From the sequence record SRR2962707_792: 62,375 nt of DNA; one strand, given 5' to 3'. The position numbers and the translations under genes were made by a program. The notes below the pieces were generated by a model, which saw nothing but the letters and a program-made list of their open reading frames with translations, did no database searches and was not told the origin of the DNA. Each line of letters starts with the position of its first letter. Position 1 is the stretch's first letter. Shown piece by piece: positions 1-9,053 of this stretch.

Positions 1-55
1 GAGTACTTGACTACGAATCAAGGGGTCGGGGGTTCGAATCCTCCTTGGTCCGCCA
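1..55 (+). tRNA. tRNA-Arg(ACG), 5' end outside window
   Basis: Anticodon stem-loop CTTGA-CTACGAA-TCAAG, T-arm GGTTCGAATCC, ends in encoded CCA at 53-55. Confidence 0.93.
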
Positions 56-133
56 TCACTCCTTAAAAACATTCAAAAATTACTGGTTTCCTGGCTGTAC
101 CCGCTATTGATCCCACCAAGGCGATTGCGCTTG

Positions 134-159
134 GAAAATTCCCGCGCGGCGGAATTTTC
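134..159. terminator. Hairpin after tRNA (terminator or operator)
   Basis: Perfect 9-bp inverted repeat GAAAATTCC-N8-GGAATTTTC. Confidence 0.4.
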
Positions 160-173
160 TGTATATCTGGCTT

Positions 174-1532
174 ATGTACTCCAATCGAGAAAACCAACCC
201 GACCCGCACTTCTTAGATATTGAGGTCGACTCGGAGTGGAAGCACGCTATTGAAGTAGTAGAAAGCGAGGTTGAGACCTACCGATTAACGCTTTGCCCAC
301 CGCATGTCATTTACGACTATCTCAAGAAACTGCGCTCGTGTGGGCGGGATTGCGAGCAGCGTGTCGGTGTTAACGAAGCCGAGTTACTCGCTATGGATGA
401 ACCGCTTGTGGGTATGGGGCTGGCTCAATGGGGGCAAGACAGCGATGTGCTTAAGCGGCTTTTTGAAAGCCATCCGAGCGGCACTGGTGAGCGATTGGCG
501 CTCTTTCGCAACGAATACTTTGGCTATGCCCTATTTGGCTATGCCCTAAGCGTCAAAGATGACGAGGAAGGCTTTCTCGATCAAATCTACATGCAAGCGA
601 CCCATAGCGAACAAATCGCCATCGCGTCCAACCCAGGTATCTATGAAAGCTATTTAGAACGGCTCTTGACTGTCCTCGCTACAAATCAGGATGCAAACAA
701 GAAAGCGCTGGGTTCATTTTTGGTGGGTGTGGTTGCTAACGATTCTATCACAAAAGCGCGTTGGTTGTTTCAGGGCCGTAGTTTGCGCAAGGCGCTTTGG
801 AGCCTCGCCGTCGTCCTGCCTGCGGAGCCACCTTGGGCTTATCTGCTAGCGAACATCTACCAGATGATTTTATCGAGCAAACAAGAGATGTTTTTGGATC
901 GCGTCGAGGGGTTTCTAGGCCAAGATGATTTGCGTGCTGCCCTAGAAAAATGGATCGGGGCGGTTAAAGTTCCTTCTGAGCGATTGGATTATTTTTCGGA
1001 CGTTGCAATGCACCTTGCGCGCGCTGGAATCGACAATCGCAGACTGGAGGCCGCCGATTGTTTTGGCAGCGATCATGTTGCTTTGCGTTGTGCCGCATTC
1101 CGGGAAACACCACTGACGGAAGACACGGCGAAACAACTATCGGATAGCGGGCTGATAGTTGAGGCGCGCGAGGCACTTGTGAACCGGTCCAACTGGAATA
1201 CGCGACAAAGTCGCAATCTTTTGCTCAATGCTGCTCTAACCTGCTGGGATGCAAATCGCGGCGGCGAAAATCTCGATTTTGATGGATTTTGGAGCAACTG
1301 GGACTGGATCGAAGCAATCCACAAGAGAGACTATCCGGATTGGTTCTTGGACGAATTGCCGGATGATGAACCAGACGAAGAACCGGAAAAGCTGAGAGAG
1401 GAAATAGATCGTCTCTGGAACGTGTTAAACCACCAAGACGAGACCTTCCAACAGATCTGGAAAGACATGAAAAATTACTTCGGGCTGCTTGCGATACTGC
1501 TTACAGTGGTGCTGTCGATACTGATTTTCTGA
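174..1532 (+). CDS. Hypothetical protein, helical, with C-terminal transmembrane anchor
   Basis: 452-aa ORF; acidic linker, coiled segment, then hydrophobic tail FGLLAILLTVVLSILIF; no family recognised. Confidence 0.8.
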   Translation: MYSNRENQPDPHFLDIEVDSEWKHAIEVVESEVETYRLTLCPPHVIYDYLKKLRSCGRDCEQRVGVNEAELLAMDEPLVGMGLAQWGQDSDVLKRLFESHPSGTGERLALFRNEYFGYALFGYALSVKDDEEGFLDQIYMQATHSEQIAIASNPGIYESYLERLLTVLATNQDANKKALGSFLVGVVANDSITKARWLFQGRSLRKALWSLAVVLPAEPPWAYLLANIYQMILSSKQEMFLDRVEGFLGQDDLRAALEKWIGAVKVPSERLDYFSDVAMHLARAGIDNRRLEAADCFGSDHVALRCAAFRETPLTEDTAKQLSDSGLIVEAREALVNRSNWNTRQSRNLLLNAALTCWDANRGGENLDFDGFWSNWDWIEAIHKRDYPDWFLDELPDDEPDEEPEKLREEIDRLWNVLNHQDETFQQIWKDMKNYFGLLAILLTVVLSILIF

Positions 1533-1573
1533 CAATTCAGTGAACCTGTCAGCGTGGTGCATGTCAAATCATC

Positions 1574-1789
1574 TTGCTTGCGTCGGGCAGCACAATCACG
1601 GCTTCGCCGGGTTTCTTGGGGTTTGTCTTTAGGGCGGCTTCAGCCTCGCTGGCGAATGGCACGCTAAGACTTCTGAACGGATATGTGACCATCGTTTTGA
1701 TGTCTACGATCCAAAAAAATGCGCCAAAAGACATGCTAGGACGGACCACGGGCCTGTTTATGTTCGCCGGCCTGGGCCTGCGGCTGTGA
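1574..1789 (+). pseudogene. MFS transporter C-terminal fragment
   Basis: IVLMSTIQKNAPKDMLGRTTGLFMFAGLGL resembles the late MFS loop motif (Q..P..MLGR..G); only ~70 aa present. Confidence 0.5.
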
Positions 1790-2070
1790 TGACGATCTGG
1801 ATCGCATCACGATCAACATTGGCCGTGATTGCAGTGAGAATCGCGGATGTTGATGCGCAGGGAGATGTGGTTCCAATCTCTCAGCACAACCTAACGGCAC
1901 GACCAAGAAAAGCTTCATGCGAAGCCCTTTCAAGCTCTTACTGTATTTTGTGCGATCCTCGTCCGGTGGTTCGTACCTAAACTGTGGACGATCACTGCAC
2001 GGTCCGGTGCCAGGTGGGCATCGATTTTGTTTATCCAAGCAGCGGCTTTTCGAAATAATGTGATTTTTCC

Positions 2071-2100
2071 TGTCACAGATTGCCCTCTGCCGGTGTCTAA
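2071..2100 (+). promoter_or_regulatory. ECF-type promoter, probably autoregulatory
   Basis: TGTCACA-N16-TGTCTAA just upstream of the ECF sigma ATG; resembles ECF41-type TGTCACA-n16-CGTC. Confidence 0.65.
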
Positions 2101-2133
2101 CCCTTATGACAACGCAGAAAGGACGACGTACCA

Positions 2134-2946
2134 ATGGGCGATATTTCAAAGGACGTGATTGATCTTGCCAAGGCGGGCGATGCTAAGGCACTGGAAGCCT
2201 TGGTACCTGCTGTTCAGACCAACGTGTATCGCATAGCCGTGCGCATGCTGGCGGATCCGCAACTGGCCCAAGACGCCACTCAAGAAATTCTGATCCGTAT
2301 TGTCACTAAGTTGTCGACGTTTCACGGAGATAGTAAGTTTGAAACATGGACCTATCGGGTGGCGACGAATTACTTGTTGACGGCCAAAAAGGTCATTTCG
2401 CGCGATCCAGGGCTTTCCTTTCAACTATTCGCAGATGATCTATTGAACGGGTTGGCCGATGAAACCTCCGCAGCCCCCGAACACCATGTCATGCTCAACG
2501 AGCTTCGGATCCGGTGCACCATGGCGATGTTGTTGTGTTTGGATCGAGAGCATCGCGCCGCCTATGTCCTGGGCGAAGTCTTCGAGTTCGATCAAAGTGA
2601 GGCCGCAGACATCCTGGACATTTCACCCGCGAACTTCCGCAAACGATTGTCTCGCGCTCGGGCCAGCGTGCAGGACTTCACGGCGGCCAGCTGTGGATTG
2701 GCCAATGTCAACGCAGGATGCTCATGTCGAAAACGGCTCCCCGCGGCTATGGCTCAAGGGCGCATCGGCCCGCAGCCATCTCGTGAGCTTTTGGATGCAC
2801 TAAGCTTTGCCGACGTTCAGGCCGAAGCGCAAAAGGTCGAAGCGCGGCTCGTCTCGGCAAAACTCCAACGCGCGACCGGCCCACTCATACCATCGGCAGA
2901 TTTTGCCAAAGCGGTCCTAAAGCTCGTCTCTTTGCCTGACGGCTAA
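2134..2946 (+). CDS. ECF sigma-70 factor with Cys-rich C-terminal extension
   Basis: Region 2 (AQDATQEILI..FETWTYRVATN), region 4 HTH, tail SCGLANVNAGCSCRKR. Confidence 0.9.
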   Translation: MGDISKDVIDLAKAGDAKALEALVPAVQTNVYRIAVRMLADPQLAQDATQEILIRIVTKLSTFHGDSKFETWTYRVATNYLLTAKKVISRDPGLSFQLFADDLLNGLADETSAAPEHHVMLNELRIRCTMAMLLCLDREHRAAYVLGEVFEFDQSEAADILDISPANFRKRLSRARASVQDFTAASCGLANVNAGCSCRKRLPAAMAQGRIGPQPSRELLDALSFADVQAEAQKVEARLVSAKLQRATGPLIPSADFAKAVLKLVSLPDG

Positions 2947-2985
2947 AGACTCGCCCTCAACCCACCCCCATCAAAGGACACTTCG

Positions 2986-3456
2986 ATGAAACATACATTT
3001 GTATGGCTGATAACGCTTGCCTTGGCATTCCCTCAAATCACAACAGCAGAAAGTACGGCAATGACACAGGATGAACAAAACGCACTCGCAGCGATAGAGA
3101 CCATGACACAGTCCTTTCAAGACAAGGATATCGACAGAGTAATGGCTGCCTATGAAACCCCTGCGACAGTGCTTTTCGAACCCGGTACCCCGATTTCGGA
3201 CGCGGCCGTTCTGGAACAGATGTTCAGACAAATGGCGATGGTCAATCCGGTGTTTGTCTATTCCGGGCACGAGGTCATCGTGAACAATGACATAGCCTTA
3301 CATATAGCTCCTTGGGACATGACAGGGACAACACCGGACGGACAAGAACTCAAACAATCAGGCCTGTCGGTTGCTGTCTTGCGCAAGCAGGACGACGACA
3401 GCTGGAAAATGATGATCGATAATCCCCACGGTGGGCGGCTTTTGCCCCAGAACTAA
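2986..3456 (+). CDS. Secreted SnoaL/DUF4440 (YybH-like) protein
   Basis: Signal peptide; C-terminal VLRKQDDDSWKMMIDNP motif. Confidence 0.85.
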   Translation: MKHTFVWLITLALAFPQITTAESTAMTQDEQNALAAIETMTQSFQDKDIDRVMAAYETPATVLFEPGTPISDAAVLEQMFRQMAMVNPVFVYSGHEVIVNNDIALHIAPWDMTGTTPDGQELKQSGLSVAVLRKQDDDSWKMMIDNPHGGRLLPQN

Positions 3457-3550
3457 AGCTGTGGCGGGCAGAACCACGTGTTTTGCCTGCCGTGCTCTCG
3501 CTGTCACGCGGTTTTTCCATTGTTTAATAGGGAAGAGAGCTGCACTCGTT

Positions 3551-4111
3551 TTAATGGTTAAACACACACTCCGCCGTAGGTTTGACCGATGCATAACTCG
3601 CCGAGAGCGGGGCCATGATCGCGGCATGCACCATTGCCGCCGGAACCTTTGTACCATCGTGCTCAACATTTGCGGCCGCGCAGGCATCGCTTGCCACAGT
3701 CACAGTGAAACCCAAGTCAGCCGCGGCGCGGACCGTCGCATCGATACACATCTGACTCATGGCGCCGCAAATGGTCAAGGTTTCAATCTTTGCCTCCCGA
3801 AGGTGTTTTTCGAGCCCGGTTCCAACAAAGCTGTTTGGTTGTGTTTTCTGAAGCACCAATTCTGACGGCAGGGGCGAAACACTTTGATGGATGTCTACGC
3901 CCGCCGTTCCCAAAAGGAAAAACGGAGCAGTTTCCGCCGCCATAACATGCTGAATATGCACAACCATTGTGGCGGTTTGACGTGCGTCCGCCAGTAACCT
4001 AGCCGCATTTTGGGCTGCGTTCCCCATATCGGGCAACGGCATTTTACTACCCTCAAAATCGGGGAAATAGTCGTTTTGGATGTCTACCAGAACTAGGGCG
4101 GTGTTGGTCAT
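3551..4111 (-). CDS. Cysteine hydrolase (isochorismatase family)
   Basis: LVLVDIQNDYF, K..PNSF, GAMSQMCIDAT; AGGAG RBS before ATG 4111. Confidence 0.92.
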   Translation of the reverse strand: MTNTALVLVDIQNDYFPDFEGSKMPLPDMGNAAQNAARLLADARQTATMVVHIQHVMAAETAPFFLLGTAGVDIHQSVSPLPSELVLQKTQPNSFVGTGLEKHLREAKIETLTICGAMSQMCIDATVRAAADLGFTVTVASDACAAANVEHDGTKVPAAMVHAAIMAPLSASYASVKPTAECVFNH

Positions 4112-4210
4112 GTTGCACTCCTGCAAGCTTGTGTTTTGCGTCTCATTGTCTGTTTACGGGCAAAACCGCAGAGGCTACGATTGGCGCATATGACAAGAAA
4201 TGTGCCAGAT

Positions 4211-5128
4211 ATGCCAAAAGTGGTGATTGTTGCCTATGAGGGCGCGCAAAAATCCGCAGTGTTCGGATTGTCAGAGTTGTTTGATGTTGCAAACCGCCTG
4301 ATCGATGAGGACGGCGGGGCGCGGATTGAACACCGTATTCGCGAGGTTTCGTCGCTTATGGATGAGGGACCGGTCGAGGCGATCATTTTGCCGCCAAATC
4401 TGGTCGGTGAACGCGGGAATGATGACAAAGCGTTGCACATGTGGATCGCAGCTCAACACCGTGTCGGGGCGATTGCTTGCTCTGCCTGTGCCGGGACTTA
4501 TTGGTTGGCGCATGCTGGTATTCTTGAGGGTCGCCCCGCCACAACGCATTGGGCATTTGAAAGTGATTTTCGTGCTGCTTTCCCGAAGGTGCAGCTGCAC
4601 CCAGAGCATATTCTGGTCGATGACAATGACATTGTAACGGCTGGGGGCGTTATGGCATGGGTCGACCTTGGCATTTACTTGACAGGACGGTGGTTGGGCA
4701 ATGCTGTGGTTTCGCGGACATGTCGCCAAATGTTGATCGATCCGACGGGACGTGATCAGCGAAACTATCGGTCTTTTCGCCCCAATATGGCCCATCAGGA
4801 CCCTGCGATACGTGGTCTGCAACTTTGGATGGAGGGCAACACGGAGGCGGATCTTTCCGTAAAGGCCCTGGCGCAACGGGTTGGGATGTCCAAGCGGTCT
4901 CTTCAACGACGTATTGAGAAATGCACCGGTCTTTCCCTCAGCCACTATGTTCAAGAGCTGAGAATTGAAAAAGCAAAGGGGTTGTTAGAGCTGACGGCGC
5001 TTCCGATCAGCGATATATGTTGGAAGGTCGGATATCAGGATATTTCTGCATTCACTCGCGTGTTTAAGTCCATCTCGGGGTTGTCGCCGGGGGCCTATCG
5101 GAAGCGGTTTAGGATCAATCAGGCATAG
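4211..5128 (+). CDS. GlxA-family AraC regulator (DJ-1/PfpI domain)
   Basis: SACAG, ATTHW, C-terminal AraC HTH; divergent from the hydrolase. Confidence 0.9.
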   Translation: MPKVVIVAYEGAQKSAVFGLSELFDVANRLIDEDGGARIEHRIREVSSLMDEGPVEAIILPPNLVGERGNDDKALHMWIAAQHRVGAIACSACAGTYWLAHAGILEGRPATTHWAFESDFRAAFPKVQLHPEHILVDDNDIVTAGGVMAWVDLGIYLTGRWLGNAVVSRTCRQMLIDPTGRDQRNYRSFRPNMAHQDPAIRGLQLWMEGNTEADLSVKALAQRVGMSKRSLQRRIEKCTGLSLSHYVQELRIEKAKGLLELTALPISDICWKVGYQDISAFTRVFKSISGLSPGAYRKRFRINQA

Positions 5129-5409
5129 GGTTTTAACGGGTTGCCTTGGGCACAATTCCAGAGAATGGTAACGCAGGTGAACGGCGTAAAGCTTTAAGCT
5201 TCTGGGTATTTTATGGCCGGTTATGAACTTTATTTGACAATGTTTATGGTGGGTGGGTTTTGCTATGGGGATTTCGTCCAAAAACGGTCTTTCCGAAAAA
5301 ACGCGGAAAAAGTCCGCTAAGAGCCCAAGGTTTAGTTTTCTGGATTGCAGCCAATGACCGCAGCACAGCTCCTCTGAAGTACGTGTCCGGCAGCTATCCT
5401 ATGCTGTTA

Positions 5410-6516
5410 TCATTCATAGACAGCTACAGGATCACCTAGACTGTCGAAATCAGGCTCGACACCAAGTCCGGGTGTGTTGGCGCAATGCAATCGACCGTTG
5501 GCAGTTGATGGCGCTGGTGAACCCGTCGATTCAGTATTGTAAGCATGCAAGTCCGTCGTGTTGAACAAAAGGTCAGCAGGCGTGGACGCCGAAAAATGCG
5601 ATACTGCCGCAGATATGATCTCACCACCCATCATGCATTCGGTGACGACCTTTACGCCTTGATCGACGAAAGCGTCGCGTACTCGGCTGGCCTTTGTTAG
5701 CCCACCAATGCGCGCCATCTTCACGCAGGCGACGTCAGCGGCCCTGTCCCGAATTATCCTTTCAGCCATGAACAGATCCGTCACTAACTCATCGAGTTTC
5801 ATCGATTGGTTCGTGTTTTTTCGCACTTGCAGGCAGTCTTCATAGGTAAGGCACGGTTGTTCGATCATGACGTCAAGGTCTTCGATTGCTTGTGCAACTT
5901 TCATCGCTTCCGGAAGTGTCCATCGGCAATTTGCGTCCGCATAAACGACTTCACCCGGTTCAGAGATTTCGGCTGCAAAACGGATAAGGTCGATATCTTC
6001 TTCAGGATGAATACCGACCCTAAGTTTGAGAAATTTGTAGCCAGTGGCCCGGTACTGCCCAATCTCAGTGCGTATCTTGTCGTGCTCTTGCTCCATGACA
6101 CAGCGGTACAACGGTGCGCCGTCGATCAGCTTGCCCCCCAACAAGTCGTAGACAGGAAGGTCTTTGCTTTTCCCAAGGATGTCCCAGCACGCAATATCAA
6201 TCGCGCTTTTTGCATAGGTGTGCCCCTCGATTGCGGCATCCATTTTCAATTCAATCTCGTGGAGTTGACACGGATCTATGCCCAACAGCGCGTTTGCGAG
6301 GATTGGGATCGCGCGCATCGTGCCCGGGTCGGTTGGCCCCCACGGGCAAGATTCACCGTAGCCACTAAGCCCGGCATCGGTATCCACGACCACAACAGTG
6401 CTATTGAACGTATCAAACGTTCGCGCGCGTTCCTCGCTCAGATCACCAACGGCAAGCCCGCCGCCACCGCCATAGGGCAGACCCTTCTGGAAGACGCTGA
6501 TTTTGGAGATTTTCAT
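5410..6516 (-). CDS. Mandelate racemase/MLE enolase-superfamily enzyme (hydroxyproline dehydratase/HpbD-like)
   Basis: DIACWDILGK, YADAN, IEQP, LDE, K..RIGGLT, PGLG; start MKISKIS. Confidence 0.88.
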   Translation of the reverse strand: MKISKISVFQKGLPYGGGGGLAVGDLSEERARTFDTFNSTVVVVDTDAGLSGYGESCPWGPTDPGTMRAIPILANALLGIDPCQLHEIELKMDAAIEGHTYAKSAIDIACWDILGKSKDLPVYDLLGGKLIDGAPLYRCVMEQEHDKIRTEIGQYRATGYKFLKLRVGIHPEEDIDLIRFAAEISEPGEVVYADANCRWTLPEAMKVAQAIEDLDVMIEQPCLTYEDCLQVRKNTNQSMKLDELVTDLFMAERIIRDRAADVACVKMARIGGLTKASRVRDAFVDQGVKVVTECMMGGEIISAAVSHFSASTPADLLFNTTDLHAYNTESTGSPAPSTANGRLHCANTPGLGVEPDFDSLGDPVAVYE

Positions 6517-6951
6517 CGCCCAATTCCTTTGCGGTGTGTTTGATCCAGATAACCTTGATCGAGCAAACGATGTTTCGCAATGATATTCAAAGCGGACACT
6601 AGACAGCTTCGCACCAAGGTAAGCTTCGTCTGCAACTAAGATACCGAACACATTTGCAGTGAACGGCCGCTCTGAATTAAGAACCAGCTCAAACTCAGAT
6701 TTTTGTGCCACGGTCAAAAAGACCCCACTGAATCGCGAGAAAAGAAGCGCTTGGTTCTTTGGGTAAACGAATGCATCCGGCTTGACCTAAACCTTAGTCC
6801 TGAAGTGTTAGACACTTTTGTTGGTGGCGTAACATCCTAGAACCGTTTTCCGACTTTGCGCGTAGCATCAAAGAATGCTCCGAATAACCTGTGTGTCTCA
6901 GACGGGCTTTGTGGTACTGGGACGTTCAATGACTAAGCGAAGACACGAACA

Positions 6952-6969
6952 TGTTCATTCGGTTGTCAC
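6952..6969 (+). promoter_or_regulatory. Putative Pho box
   Basis: TGTTCAT-TCGG-TTGTCAC, 11-bp periodic half-sites ~45 bp upstream of plcP. Confidence 0.55.
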
Positions 6970-7013
6970 ATGCACCAAGTAATTGATGGCCTAACACGTC
7001 ACGGAGTAAGGCC

Positions 7014-7814
7014 ATGTTCTATAGGACGCTTTTCCTGTCTGACATCCACCTTGGAACCCGTGGCTGTCAGGCCGAGCTACTTGTTGATTTTCTGGACAGC
7101 CACGATGCGGGCACCATCTATCTGGTCGGTGATATCATCGACGGTTGGGCGATCAGCCGACGCGGTTGGTATTGGCCGCAAGCCCACAACGATGTTCTTC
7201 AGGCCATCCTGGACAAAGCCCGAAGTGGCACACGGATCATATTTATTCCGGGCAATCATGATGAGGTCATTCGCAACTATCTTGGCACCCATTTCGGCGG
7301 CATCGAAGTCAAACGAACCGCGGATTTTACCGGACAGAATGGCAAACGGTTTTTGGTTACACACGGCGACCAGTTTGACGCCGTTGTGATGAATGCCAAA
7401 TGGTTGGCCCATTTAGGGGACCGGGCCTATGATTTCATGATCTGGATGAACCCCAAAATTAACGGCGTCCGTTCACTGTGGGGTGGGCAATATTGGTCAT
7501 TGTCCAAATGGACAAAGCGGCAGGTTAAGTCCGCTGTCAATTTCATCGGACATTACGAGGACGTTCTTACGGAAGAAGCCCGGAAGGGCGGGTATGATGG
7601 GGTGATCTGTGGACATATCCACCATGCCAACATTCGAAAAATCAAAGAGATGACCTATATAAACGCCGGAGATTGGGTCGAAAGTTGTACGGCGATTGTC
7701 GAACAGCACACGGGCGAAATCACCCTGATTGATTGGGAAGAAAAAGCGGTTGCTGCCCGCAACAGCACGCCTCGACGTAAGAAAAACCGCGAAATGGCCG
7801 ACCTTGGCAACTAA
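7014..7814 (+). CDS. plcP: Phospholipase C PlcP (LpxH-like metallophosphoesterase)
   Basis: SDIHLG, GDIID, GNHD, HGD, GHIH motifs; directly upstream of btaAB. Confidence 0.85.
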   Translation: MFYRTLFLSDIHLGTRGCQAELLVDFLDSHDAGTIYLVGDIIDGWAISRRGWYWPQAHNDVLQAILDKARSGTRIIFIPGNHDEVIRNYLGTHFGGIEVKRTADFTGQNGKRFLVTHGDQFDAVVMNAKWLAHLGDRAYDFMIWMNPKINGVRSLWGGQYWSLSKWTKRQVKSAVNFIGHYEDVLTEEARKGGYDGVICGHIHHANIRKIKEMTYINAGDWVESCTAIVEQHTGEITLIDWEEKAVAARNSTPRRKKNREMADLGN

Positions 7815-7826
7815 TCTGGAGTCTTC

Positions 7827-9053
7827 ATGACAACGCAACTTTCCGTCGGAGAGCAGCTTGGTGCTGCCGTCAATCAGAATACTGCCCTAAGCCTTGATGG
7901 ACTGTTGGAACGTGGTTTTGCGCGTCTGTTTCATGGCCTTGTTTATGCGCAGATCTGGGAAGATCCTGTCGTCGACATGGAAGCTCTCCGGCTGGGCCAA
8001 GACGATCACGTGGTTTGCATTTCCTCAGGTGGGTGCAACATGCTGTCCTATTTGACGGCGAACCCTGCCTCGATCACAGCTGTAGACCTATCCCCAGCAC
8101 ATGTGATGTTGAACAAGCTCAAACTAACGACCATTCAGCACGCGCCGGACCATGCCACGTTGTTTTCTATGTTGGGAAAGGCAAAGGGTCGTGAAAACGC
8201 CGACATATATCAGAATATGGTCGAGCCTCATCTGGACGCTGATGTCCAGGCTTACTGGAATGGACTAACACTAAGTGGGCGACGCAAATCGTGGTTTACC
8301 AAGGGGCTGTATCGGTACGGTCTTTTGGGGCGGTTTTTGGGTGTTGTCGAATTGGTGACGAAAATGGCGGGTGTGGATTATCGCCCTCTGTTGACGGCTC
8401 AATCCTTGGAAGAGCAAACGGCGTTTTTCGAGACACAAATCGGCCCGCTTTTTGACAGCCGGATTATTCGTTTCCTCGCAAAGCGCCGGGCATCGCTGTT
8501 TGGTTTGGGAATACCCCCGGCGCAGTATGACAAGCTGGCAGCAGAGGCAGGCGGCGACATTATTCCAGTGCTTAAGGAACGCACCCGCAAACTGTTCTGC
8601 GATTTTCCGATCCACGAAAACTACTTCGCATGGCAGGCAGTTCGTCGTGGATATGAACCCGTGCCAAACCCGGCCGTGCCACCCTATTTGGAAGCGAAAA
8701 ATTTCACAGTGGTACAGGCCAATGCGACGCGTGTCTCCGTACTCAACCGGTCTCTGACAGATGTTCTGGCCAAACAATTGGCGGCTTCCAAGAACGCTTA
8801 TGTTTTGCTGGATGCTCAGGACTGGATGACGGACGACCAGCTGAACGCGCTTTGGGTCGAAATCACCCGTACAGCAGCGCCGGGTGCCCGCGTGATTTTT
8901 CGCACTGGCGGTAAGGAAGATATCTTGCCCGGACGTGTGTTGGAGAAAACCCTGTCTCGTTGGAGCTACCGGCCCGAGGAATCGGCGAGAGGGTTCAAAA
9001 ATGACCGCTCAGCCATCTATGGTGGGTTTCATTTGTATCAATTCAATGGATAG
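7827..9053 (+). CDS. btaA: BtaA, SAM:diacylglycerol 3-amino-3-carboxypropyltransferase (DUF3419)
   Basis: LVYAQIWEDP, SGGCN, LLDAQDWM, DRSAIYGGFHLY. Confidence 0.93.
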   Translation: MTTQLSVGEQLGAAVNQNTALSLDGLLERGFARLFHGLVYAQIWEDPVVDMEALRLGQDDHVVCISSGGCNMLSYLTANPASITAVDLSPAHVMLNKLKLTTIQHAPDHATLFSMLGKAKGRENADIYQNMVEPHLDADVQAYWNGLTLSGRRKSWFTKGLYRYGLLGRFLGVVELVTKMAGVDYRPLLTAQSLEEQTAFFETQIGPLFDSRIIRFLAKRRASLFGLGIPPAQYDKLAAEAGGDIIPVLKERTRKLFCDFPIHENYFAWQAVRRGYEPVPNPAVPPYLEAKNFTVVQANATRVSVLNRSLTDVLAKQLAASKNAYVLLDAQDWMTDDQLNALWVEITRTAAPGARVIFRTGGKEDILPGRVLEKTLSRWSYRPEESARGFKNDRSAIYGGFHLYQFNG

